IMG/VR virus record: IMGVR_UViG_3300025018_000001
DNA: 64,000 bases
From: a virus
Lineage: Duplodnaviria; Caudoviricetes
Reading direction: 5' to 3' (one strand)
The notes under the pieces are model-generated. The model searched no databases. It was given only the letters and a program-made list of their open reading frames with translations, and was not told where the DNA came from. The translations under genes were made by a program, and so were the position numbers. The stretch's first letter is position 1; every line of letters begins with the position of its first letter. This document shows positions 9,441 through 18,502 of this stretch, in pieces.

Positions 9441-12400
9441 ATGTTTCATTCAAATCTGGATGTAATCGTTACTGGCTTCGTAGGACAGTTCAATTCAAGA
9501 ATTCTTACAAGAGCCAATGCTCAAACATTTTCAGCCTCTATAGCTGTAGATAATAATGAGACAGAGTTGAATTTTATAATGAAAAGGGATGATATTCAGC
9601 ATGTATTATCTATACCGAAACCTTTTATGGAGAATTCGGTTAAACTCGTAAGAGTAAATGGTATCGACAGAGCTGTTGGAAAGTATTTTTGGAAAGTACA
9701 AGAGCGTCTCATGGAATATGAAGATGTAATTTATGAGGTGCTCTTCGGCTATCCAGCACACATGTTGCCAGAGTACATGATTAAGAGTAACTCATCAGCT
9801 ATGCAACAGCTTCGCTACGCATTTGAGAATAACAAATTGGCTATAACTTTACGAAGTATTCAGAAAAGAATAAACTTCGTAATAAATAATCTTCCGATTC
9901 ATGAAACTAATCTAAATTCTTTTGTGATGAATCGAAGAATAACAATATTTGACCCGGAGTTCGATGTTCTTTCTAATCCTGAAGATCAACATGCTTATCA
10001 AGTAGAGAAAAATAAGACCTACTTTGACAAAGGATGGACATCTTTAGGTTTGTCTGACGGCTGTCTTGCAGGAAAGAACTACATGTTGGACTTTGATCTT
10101 CGTAATCTTTCACCGTTTGGAAGCAACTTTCATAACCCACAGAGAAATCTTTATTCTACTCTTGGTATGCGTGGAGATGAAGAACCTTTGGTACATTCAA
10201 CAACGACATTCGCATTAGCTAATGAAGGCTTAACAAGAAAAGGTTGGAACTTGTTTACTATCTTCGTAGACATTCCTGACGTATGGGAAGATCAATTGAT
10301 GGTAGATTCTAGCCATGCCGACAAATTCATTGAATACACAAAACGATATACGTGTTTTGGTGATGTATTGGTTAAAGAAGGTGATGAATTAGCCACCGAC
10401 GACCAGCTTTTTGTAAATAGAGCAGGTGAAATCAAAGCATTCGATATTCAATGCGATCACGCTGTAGTAACCTCTATTGAGGAGAAGGAAGATAATATAG
10501 GTGGGGTTCTCTTCCCAACAAATATTGTTACTATAACCTATAAACGTCATCTTAAAGATGGCACCAAACTTACTAATCTTGCTGCTAACAAGGGTGTTAT
10601 TAGACTGCGCGACCTTGGATATGCAATTAACCCTGCCACTGGAAAACAACAGAAGATAGACGTCATTGTATCAGCAAAGGCTGTATTAAAGAGAAAGAAC
10701 TACACTCAAATACTTGAGGCAATGCTTAACAATTTGAATGGTAATCAAACTGTTGTAGTACCTGATGGTGTTGTAGTAACAGAGGATGTTCTTTCCACAG
10801 CGTTAAAATCCATTGGGCATAATGCAGATGGTACATGGATATGCAAAACCTACGCCGGTGATTTTAGATGTATAGCTGGAAATGTGTTTTGGGGAGTAAC
10901 TCATGATGCTGATGATACTATATGGCGTCCAGGTGCTACTAAAGCTGTGAATGGTAGGGGTTTGCGTGAAGCAGGGCTTAAATTCTCAACAATTGAATTT
11001 CGTGCGCTTACTACACGTTTTGGTGAGAATAATCCTGTGGAAAAAGAAATACTCCACTATGCACAAGGTTACAAAGATGTAAAAGAGTTGCTCACTGTTC
11101 TTAAATATAAGTTAGGTAAGAAGAGTGTTGAGCACTTGACTCACAACGTAAAGGATATTAACCCTCTGCGTCAAGAAGACGGCATTATGATTCAACCAGA
11201 AGAGTTGGTTGATACTATAGTAGATCCTGATAGAGCAGAAGAAGGTTTTATGCTCAAATTGCCAGTTGAATATCAGGTAGTAATTGACCATGAATTCAAC
11301 GTATTAGCTAGTGGTTTCCCCTGTGTTGTGGGTGATACTATTGGTGACAAGAAGGTTTTCAAAGTAATATCACTGGATTCAATATACGTGCCTTACGAGA
11401 ATCTTCGGCGTTGTTGGAAACATGACATCGGGAGAGTGGGACTTAATGACATTGGTAATGCTTTAAACACCATAGTTATAATGTCTCATAATTATTTAAT
11501 TGATAATGTAGCACCACTCAATACTACGATGCTGTATAAGGCAATTGGGACTTACTTCAGTATAGTTGCAAGCAAGCTTAGTACTAAACGAGGTGAATTG
11601 AGTGTTCACGCAATGGCTGTAAGATATCCTCATTCAGCTAAAGGCGTAGCTACATTGAGTAATGAACTGGAACCTAATACTATTGAAATACATTCCAGTA
11701 TGGCAAATAGCCTTAATGTAGTAGATGGTGATATCGTATTAGTTGAACGATTCCCATGTTTAGGTTTTATGTCTATCCGCCCACAGAAGGTAAAGGTAAC
11801 TGAAGATCCTTTGTGTAAATTCACAGTAAGGGTTAGTGGTAATAGTTTAGGTTCTTTATCTCTTGACTTTGATGGTGATGTGCTATATATTGCAGCTTTC
11901 TACTCTAAAGATGCTATTGCAGCACTGAAGAGAGAATTCTATACACCAAACGAGTATTGCATAAAGCATATCAAAGCTTTCAACAGCAAGATGGGTACTC
12001 CTAGAATAATGGAGATGGCATTAGCTGACTATATGATTACTCCTTTTGAGGCTTTAACAAAGGAAAGTCATGCTGAAATAGTTAGTAAACTTACTGGTGT
12101 AAAGAGTAACACTGGTCCTGTAGTAGCATTAGCTTACAATCTTCTCAGAATTATGGAAAACTCTGACATTTCTGGTGACAGAGAGTTGGAATGCGAAGTA
12201 GAAGTGTTTATGGATACAGTTGCTAACTCTGTATTCAAACAGAAACACGGGGCTAAATCGCTTCATAAAGTGGTTACAGATGCGGTTTGTGCTGCAGACC
12301 TGGAAACCTTGATAAGTGAAGGGTTTGATCCTAAAACTTCCGAAATAATTTGTAAGCAGATTACAGAAAAAGCGGCACAGGTTGGGATAAATGACGTAGC

Positions 12401-12695
12401 TGCTTATCATAAACTAATTACAGCTAAGGGAGGAAGCAACGTAATTAATAAGATTGTACGCGAACAGAACGTACTGTACTTCACTAGTAGAGCAAGTTTG
12501 TCAAGCTGTAGGATTGTTAAGAACTTAATGGATTATCAGAAAGTTGATATTCCTAGTAAAGTTTTTAGCAAGATTATGAGTTTGAATTCATCCTTGTCTA
12601 CTGTGGATCATGAAGCTTTGAAAGGAATGCAAACACCAGAATCAATGATGTATTGTTCTGAGGTACTCAAAGCTTTGAACATGTTAATAAAATAA
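9441..12695 (+). CDS. Single-polypeptide two-barrel DNA-dependent RNA polymerase (beta- and beta-prime-like cores fused)
   Basis: Beta-like LSPFGSNFHNPQRNLY, DVWEDQLMV, DGTKLTNLAANKGVI; beta-prime-like VERFPCL and catalytic LDFDGD. Confidence 0.88.
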   Translation: MFHSNLDVIVTGFVGQFNSRILTRANAQTFSASIAVDNNETELNFIMKRDDIQHVLSIPKPFMENSVKLVRVNGIDRAVGKYFWKVQERLMEYEDVIYEVLFGYPAHMLPEYMIKSNSSAMQQLRYAFENNKLAITLRSIQKRINFVINNLPIHETNLNSFVMNRRITIFDPEFDVLSNPEDQHAYQVEKNKTYFDKGWTSLGLSDGCLAGKNYMLDFDLRNLSPFGSNFHNPQRNLYSTLGMRGDEEPLVHSTTTFALANEGLTRKGWNLFTIFVDIPDVWEDQLMVDSSHADKFIEYTKRYTCFGDVLVKEGDELATDDQLFVNRAGEIKAFDIQCDHAVVTSIEEKEDNIGGVLFPTNIVTITYKRHLKDGTKLTNLAANKGVIRLRDLGYAINPATGKQQKIDVIVSAKAVLKRKNYTQILEAMLNNLNGNQTVVVPDGVVVTEDVLSTALKSIGHNADGTWICKTYAGDFRCIAGNVFWGVTHDADDTIWRPGATKAVNGRGLREAGLKFSTIEFRALTTRFGENNPVEKEILHYAQGYKDVKELLTVLKYKLGKKSVEHLTHNVKDINPLRQEDGIMIQPEELVDTIVDPDRAEEGFMLKLPVEYQVVIDHEFNVLASGFPCVVGDTIGDKKVFKVISLDSIYVPYENLRRCWKHDIGRVGLNDIGNALNTIVIMSHNYLIDNVAPLNTTMLYKAIGTYFSIVASKLSTKRGELSVHAMAVRYPHSAKGVATLSNELEPNTIEIHSSMANSLNVVDGDIVLVERFPCLGFMSIRPQKVKVTEDPLCKFTVRVSGNSLGSLSLDFDGDVLYIAAFYSKDAIAALKREFYTPNEYCIKHIKAFNSKMGTPRIMEMALADYMITPFEALTKESHAEIVSKLTGVKSNTGPVVALAYNLLRIMENSDISGDRELECEVEVFMDTVANSVFKQKHGAKSLHKVVTDAVCAADLETLISEGFDPKTSEIICKQITEKAAQVGINDVAAYHKLITAKGGSNVINKIVREQNVLYFTSRASLSSCRIVKNLMDYQKVDIPSKVFSKIMSLNSSLSTVDHEALKGMQTPESMMYCSEVLKALNMLIK

Positions 12696-12711
12696 AAGAG
12701 GTAAAAGTATT

Positions 12712-13089
12712 ATGGCCAAAGCAGTAGGATTAAGTTTTAACAGGGTTTGTCTTTTGGGTAGAGTAACCGGAGACCCTGTAGTAAATGGGGAATGGGTTTC
12801 TTTTCAATTTAAGACAATCGTACCAAAACTCGGCCCAGATAATAAATGGGTTGAGGCAGAAGTAATGGTACCGATTATGTCCAACGATCCCAGAAAGGTT
12901 GAAACGGTAACAAACTTTGTACAAGACGAGCGTCAATTGTACATTGAGGGTTACGTAGAAGCCTGGGATGGTGGATGTGGTGTATTTATTGGTATGATTA
13001 AGCTTGGTTCTAAAACCATGTATGATGCTGACGCTCAACAGGGTGGGTATCAAGGTGGAGGACAGAAGAAAGGAAACTTTCCAAGTTAA
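12712..13089 (+). CDS. ssb: Single-stranded DNA-binding protein (OB fold)
   Basis: FNRVCLLGRVTGDP, RQLYIEGYV, Gly/Gln-rich tail. Confidence 0.75.
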   Translation: MAKAVGLSFNRVCLLGRVTGDPVVNGEWVSFQFKTIVPKLGPDNKWVEAEVMVPIMSNDPRKVETVTNFVQDERQLYIEGYVEAWDGGCGVFIGMIKLGSKTMYDADAQQGGYQGGGQKKGNFPS

Positions 13090-13109
13090 TAAGTAAATAA
13101 TGACGGGTA

Positions 13110-13562
13110 GTGGTAGCTACTGTAGTTACCACTACTTTGTGTTTTAACGGAGAAACTATGCAACCAGATGTTAGCTTACAGAAAGTACAAGCAGCACCAG
13201 ATATTACAATTGATAAACCGAATACACAAGAAGAACGACTACGTGAACTTGAAGCTAAGATGTCATCAATAGCACAAATGCTATATATGTTTAAAAGATC
13301 TGGCTTGCCTAAAAAGGTAGTGTGTACTAAACGTAATACTACAGCTGAGGGATTACCATACAATACCTGTTTTTTAGGGTATACTAAGGGGTCCACTTAC
13401 CCGTATATTTTAGTGGTAAGTGAAGAAGGTAAATATATGATAGGAGACAGAGAATTCGATACGCTAGACGCAGCAACTGAAATTATTTGCGGAGAAGCGG
13501 TAAATGGATTCAATTTTTGGCAAACATTCGAAGGGATGTCTTTGGAAGAGTTTATCAAATGA
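13110..13562 (+). CDS. Hypothetical protein with possible C-terminal RAMA/DUF4357-like DNA-binding domain
   Basis: F-x-TLDAATEIICG-x-x-VNGFNFW resembles the F-x-S-x-S-AAA...NGW-x-x-W pattern. Confidence 0.45.
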   Translation: MVATVVTTTLCFNGETMQPDVSLQKVQAAPDITIDKPNTQEERLRELEAKMSSIAQMLYMFKRSGLPKKVVCTKRNTTAEGLPYNTCFLGYTKGSTYPYILVVSEEGKYMIGDREFDTLDAATEIICGEAVNGFNFWQTFEGMSLEEFIK

Positions 13563-14947
13563 TTGTAGAAATATGCAATGTATTAAATGTAGATATAACT
13601 GATGAGATATTGCTGCAAATTGTTCTAGATGATCTTACATATGATAATCCATTGTATAAAGAAGCAGTCAAAGCATTTAGGTCTACTAGAGGCATTCAGC
13701 AAGTACTAAAAAACTTTACCTACTCTAATGGTTTATACCAATTACCAAGAGGGTACTTTAGTAGACTTTGTGCTATAGCACAAGAATTAAACATACCTAT
13801 AGAGTTTACCGACTCAAGGGCTGTTGTTCCATTTGATACTCAATATAATCATTCGATACAGTTGAGAGATTATCAGATGCCAGCACTTACAGCGCTATCT
13901 AAACATTCGGACGGTCTTCTTGTAGCTCCGGCAGGTAGTGGTAAAACAATTATAGGTATAGCTACTATTCTAATGTGCGGGCAAAGGAGTTTGTGGATTA
14001 CCCATACAAAACAACTATTATTTCAATTTGTTGATAGGATACAGAAATTTGTAGAGATACCAGACACTGATATAGGATTAATATATAATGGTAAATGGGA
14101 TGTAGATAAACCGATAACTGCTGCATTAGTACAAACTTTAAGAACAGATACACAAAAATTACAAGAAATATCTAAAAATTTTGGTACTATAATAACAGAC
14201 GAGTGCCATCATCAGCCTAGTTCCACGTTTACAGAAGTTATAACACAATTGAACCCTTACTACTTGTTTGGTTTAACAGCTACACCTGCAAGAAGAGATG
14301 GTTTAGAGACAGTGCTGTTTCAAAATTTAGGTCCAATAAGGCATACTATACCAAGGGCCGCTGTTACTGACGGTGTATTAACACCAATAATAAATACAAG
14401 ATATTTGGATACACCTGGTATACCTGAAGAAGTAACTTATCAAAAACTCTTACAAACACTTACAAAGAGTGCTTTTAGAAACACTATAATAACAAGAGAT
14501 GTTGTTTCGCAAGCAGTAACAGGAAACATATGTATTGTTGTGACTGAGAGAGTATCACATGCAGAAATACTATTTGCTAAAATAAAGAAGCTATGGCCAA
14601 AAACAGGAATAATGATTGGTAAAAATTCTGATAAGCTGAGGGATAAAACTTTAGATGAACTACACAATGGGGATATTACTGTACTAGTATGTACTTCCCA
14701 TTTACTTGGTGAAGGTTTCGACTACGCTCCACTCAATAGATTGTTTATTGGGTTACCTTTTCGTAATATCGCAAGATGTGAACAACTAGTAGGGAGAGTT
14801 CAACGTATTAGTGAAGGTAAGATAGATGCTATTATATTTGACTATGTTGACAACCATGGACTAACTAAACATCAATACAAAAACTTTGGTGACTCAGGCT
14901 GCCGTTATAATGTGTATAGAAAGCTAGGTTGTAAAATCTTGCAGTAG
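13559..14947 (+). CDS. Superfamily 2 DExH helicase
   Basis: APAGSGKT, DECHH, GLTATP-x-RRDG, LLGEGFD, QLVGRVQR; start placed at the ATGA overlap at 13559. Confidence 0.92.
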   Translation: MIVEICNVLNVDITDEILLQIVLDDLTYDNPLYKEAVKAFRSTRGIQQVLKNFTYSNGLYQLPRGYFSRLCAIAQELNIPIEFTDSRAVVPFDTQYNHSIQLRDYQMPALTALSKHSDGLLVAPAGSGKTIIGIATILMCGQRSLWITHTKQLLFQFVDRIQKFVEIPDTDIGLIYNGKWDVDKPITAALVQTLRTDTQKLQEISKNFGTIITDECHHQPSSTFTEVITQLNPYYLFGLTATPARRDGLETVLFQNLGPIRHTIPRAAVTDGVLTPIINTRYLDTPGIPEEVTYQKLLQTLTKSAFRNTIITRDVVSQAVTGNICIVVTERVSHAEILFAKIKKLWPKTGIMIGKNSDKLRDKTLDELHNGDITVLVCTSHLLGEGFDYAPLNRLFIGLPFRNIARCEQLVGRVQRISEGKIDAIIFDYVDNHGLTKHQYKNFGDSGCRYNVYRKLGCKILQ

Positions 14948-15011
14948 TGGTTACATACTTATTTTTTGGTGGTTTGGTGATTTAGTATACATATAATAGT
15001 GAGGTAAATTT

Positions 15012-16106
15012 ATGCAAATAGAAAGATCTGAAGTAATGTCAAAACTTGCTGGTATAGAAGATAGTCTTATAAGAATTCCCGAAGGCTTGAGAAAAGAGCT
15101 TCAAGTTGATTTGGGCAATATTATTATAGTTAAGGGTTTACCCTTGCAAGTTAATAAAGCGTTCAAACAAGAGGCTATTCCGTCAGTTTTAAAGGCATTC
15201 GTATCAGACAACGTAATAAAAAAGTTAGGCATACCAACGCATAACTTGTCACTTGAACAACATATAACAATGGGCTGTGATCCAGAGTTATTTTTAGTAG
15301 ATATGAAAACAAATAGGTTGTATAATCCAGGTTTCTTAGTAAAAAAGACAGCTACTGTGGGTTACGATGGTATGTTGGCAGAGTTAAGACCAGCCCCTGA
15401 TGTAGACCCAGACGAGGTTGTAAATAATCTTTATAAACTAATAGTTGAACTAAAAAATGTACTAATAAAACATAGGCTCCATAATGTGCGTATGATTGCC
15501 AAGTCTGGTGGGTGGAATTTATTCGCCGGATTTCATGTCCATTTGGGTATACCTAAAAAATTATTAGACCCTGGAATGCCAAATTATATAAAAATATTAA
15601 GAGTAATACTAAAGTCATTAGACTACTACGTAGGTACTCTAGCAGTTTTAGCAGAAGGTAAAGACTACACTAGAAGATGTAACCCACTTGTTGCTTATGG
15701 AAAAGTAGGCGATTTCAGAGTAGATAACAGAACACTTGAATACAGAGTACCTGGTGGTGCATTATTAAAGCACCCAGATTTAACTAGGGGTCTGATAAGT
15801 GTGTCTTCTTTAGTAGCACATGATGTGATTGAAAGACTTCGAGTGTTTACAAATGATTTTGTTGGGGACATCGAAGACGAAAGTACTTTAGCAAAACAAA
15901 TCTATCCTAATTTGATAGATACACAGCACATGTTCCCTCTGATATGTGCACCTGACGTAGGGAAAGCATTTAAAGAATTGGATAACGTTCAACAAGATTT
16001 AAGTTGTATGGTCAACTACGACTATTATAGAGAGTCTCTAGAACGCTTTTATAACTTACTACATATAAAAATAGCCGATGATATTTGGCTTAATTGGAGT
16101 AAATAG
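15012..16106 (+). CDS. phiEco32-like COOH-NH2 ligase type 2 with extra N-terminal domain
   Basis: MGCDPELFL, GYDGMLAELRP, AGFHVHLG, YGKVGDFR, LEYRVPGG. Confidence 0.88.
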   Translation: MQIERSEVMSKLAGIEDSLIRIPEGLRKELQVDLGNIIIVKGLPLQVNKAFKQEAIPSVLKAFVSDNVIKKLGIPTHNLSLEQHITMGCDPELFLVDMKTNRLYNPGFLVKKTATVGYDGMLAELRPAPDVDPDEVVNNLYKLIVELKNVLIKHRLHNVRMIAKSGGWNLFAGFHVHLGIPKKLLDPGMPNYIKILRVILKSLDYYVGTLAVLAEGKDYTRRCNPLVAYGKVGDFRVDNRTLEYRVPGGALLKHPDLTRGLISVSSLVAHDVIERLRVFTNDFVGDIEDESTLAKQIYPNLIDTQHMFPLICAPDVGKAFKELDNVQQDLSCMVNYDYYRESLERFYNLLHIKIADDIWLNWSK

Positions 16107-17714
16107 ATGTATAACGATAAATGGATATTTTTTAATAACCTACCTGGAAAACCAGCACTTTCTAATGAGGAAGTAAAATACTGGCTTGGTAGTTTAAATA
16201 AAGTTTTGAAAGTAGGAGTTGAATTTGAATTCAATCTTCAAGATGCGAAAGGTTTTTGTAGAGGAGCTAGTGAAAGTTGTCCATGTGTAAATATGAATGA
16301 TGCACATGATTGTTGGAAAGCCTGTTTGAATGAAGCAGAGTGCAAGGTATTGCTTGGTAAAGATTTCGATATGCAATGTCATAAACAATTCTGCAGCGGC
16401 TTTAGAAGTGCATGTATATCGTGTAAAGACTTTAAAGTTAATTGTTTAAACTGTAAATATATGTATGACCCAAGCCATGACCCAGATTCAATTAGACAGT
16501 TTTTGCGTAATTATTTAGAGCCATCAAAAAGTTATGGTAATTTAAGTAGGACAGGTGTTCATAGTGTTGTATGTGATGGTTCTTTATTAGGTGAAGGTCA
16601 GGAGGGTAAAGGTGTAGAAATAATTACTGTTGGTAGACGTGTTGATTATTGGGAATTTTACAATATGATTAGTGATATCATAACATCCTCTATACAAAAA
16701 GGCGCTTATGTCAATGAGAGATGTTCAACACATATACATGTACTGACAGGTTATTTTGATGCACAGGAGAGAGATTCCAGATTCAATGATGTGAATGATT
16801 TGGAAAAACCACTTCCTCAAATAGTAATGGCTAACTTTCATCAATTATGTAGAAGATACCAAAATGCTCTAACTTGGATGTCTATGGGTTTAGACCAGCC
16901 TGAACAACTCACTAGGTGGGAAAAGTATAGAGTGTCATTACTCGATACTTCACCAGTGTCTATGTCTATGCCTGACATAATAAGAAGATTAGAAGAAATA
17001 TCCTATAAGCCCCGTGGTAAGTATGGTTGGGCTAACTATATGTACTCTAAATTTAATCATAACAACGATGTAACAAGATTTCATGCAGAGATGCGGGTAT
17101 TGGATGGCATGATGTCTGCAAGTGTCGTAACAGCAATGTGTTGTTTATATCAGGCACTACTGGTTAAAGCTGTTGAAATATCTAAGTATGGTCTACTTGA
17201 ACTAGGTTCTAAAGAATGGTTTGACCAAACTATAGACATTAAGCATAGACTGTTGAACAATGCCCCACAAGGATGGAGCGAAAACAGGTTTTCTAATACT
17301 GAGAACTTGAGAGAAGAGCACATGGAGATTCTTAGAATGGAGTCTTTAGATCTACTTAACCAAATAAAACATCTGTTAATGCGAACTGGTCCAGCGTTTG
17401 AAGTATTGGAGAAGTTAGCACAAAAACCTGTTGCTTTCTTTAGATGTGATGGAGAGTCATGGGAAAGTATTGAAGAACACTTTGCTGTATTTAGAGCTAG
17501 TGAAACTATTTTAGATCAAAAAATTGATGAAATTATTGATTTTAGAACTATATCTGGCTGTAAAGATGAGATGACATGGCTTGAAAAAGTAAGTGGTATG
17601 TTAGAGAAGGAAGGTATAGCTACCATTGAGCAAGTTCTAAATAATGTCGCTATCCAAAAACGGAATGGGTTATGTATTTGGTCGGATAACCTCGGAACTT
17701 TATTAAAAGTATAA
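16107..17714 (+). CDS. Putative amidoligase (Amidoligase_2-like COOH-NH2 ligase) with Cys-rich insert
   Basis: VGVEFEF, DGSL, GVEIIT, CSTHIHV, AEMR. Confidence 0.8.
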   Translation: MYNDKWIFFNNLPGKPALSNEEVKYWLGSLNKVLKVGVEFEFNLQDAKGFCRGASESCPCVNMNDAHDCWKACLNEAECKVLLGKDFDMQCHKQFCSGFRSACISCKDFKVNCLNCKYMYDPSHDPDSIRQFLRNYLEPSKSYGNLSRTGVHSVVCDGSLLGEGQEGKGVEIITVGRRVDYWEFYNMISDIITSSIQKGAYVNERCSTHIHVLTGYFDAQERDSRFNDVNDLEKPLPQIVMANFHQLCRRYQNALTWMSMGLDQPEQLTRWEKYRVSLLDTSPVSMSMPDIIRRLEEISYKPRGKYGWANYMYSKFNHNNDVTRFHAEMRVLDGMMSASVVTAMCCLYQALLVKAVEISKYGLLELGSKEWFDQTIDIKHRLLNNAPQGWSENRFSNTENLREEHMEILRMESLDLLNQIKHLLMRTGPAFEVLEKLAQKPVAFFRCDGESWESIEEHFAVFRASETILDQKIDEIIDFRTISGCKDEMTWLEKVSGMLEKEGIATIEQVLNNVAIQKRNGLCIWSDNLGTLLKV

Positions 17715-17767
17715 CATGTGTTGGGTGGTTGTACTTTGTTATAATCACTCAACACGATAAAGAGGGA

Positions 17768-18502
17768 ATGATGGGCGGAATTTTTGGATTTACCTTATTG
17801 AATAATAATAAAATGGGTAAGGATAGTATCATTACTCTAACCACTGAGCTACTAAAAAGTCAGTTAGGTCCTACAGAAGAAATTAATATAGCTATAACAA
17901 CAAGCGAAAACATACACGTAATCAAAACTAATATGTCAATTCCTCGTTTTATAGCTACTAAAGAGTTCAAAGAGTTTATGCACAACGCTCTAAAAGATAT
18001 TACTATATATTCACTAATTGGTAGTTTCAAAGATAAGGTTACATACAAAGAATTCTTAGATTTAAATGATGAGCCTATGGTTACATTTGGTGAGGTAGTA
18101 TGTGTACAAAAAGAAAAAGAATTTACAGACGTAGATTCTGGTGGTGTGGTTGTTGCTGAAATATTTGATAGATATGAATTCGCAATCGACCTAACTACTC
18201 GTATAAAAACTGCAGCTAAGGATGTTAAATTGTATGCGGCTGTACATGCTGCTTACCCATCTTGTCTGTTAATAGCAAAACACACAGCAGACCCGTTGGA
18301 ATTGTGTATGTTCGCACAATATGGTGTGTTTATTTTTTCTTCTATTTCAAAAAGTGTAGACAAGGTTACACAATTGTTGTTGCTTGGTAAACGAGAAACA
18401 GTAGAGATGTTCTCATATCAAGCCTTTTTACTTAATATGAGTACAAATACGTATAAAGTAATAAACTCTTATTCTGGAAATGTAAATTATGCAATTAAAT
18501 GA
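17768..18502 (+). CDS. Degenerate class II (Ntn) glutamine amidotransferase-like protein
   Basis: Begins (M)MGGIFGF after an AGAGGG SD, resembling MCGIFG without the catalytic Cys. Confidence 0.45.
   Translation: MMGGIFGFTLLNNNKMGKDSIITLTTELLKSQLGPTEEINIAITTSENIHVIKTNMSIPRFIATKEFKEFMHNALKDITIYSLIGSFKDKVTYKEFLDLNDEPMVTFGEVVCVQKEKEFTDVDSGGVVVAEIFDRYEFAIDLTTRIKTAAKDVKLYAAVHAAYPSCLLIAKHTADPLELCMFAQYGVFIFSSISKSVDKVTQLLLLGKRETVEMFSYQAFLLNMSTNTYKVINSYSGNVNYAIK

Noticed and set aside
9441-12695. T7-like single-subunit RNAP or captured bacterial rpoB/rpoC
   Set aside because: It has a DFDGD double-barrel centre, not T7 motifs, and is far shorter and more divergent than cellular subunits.
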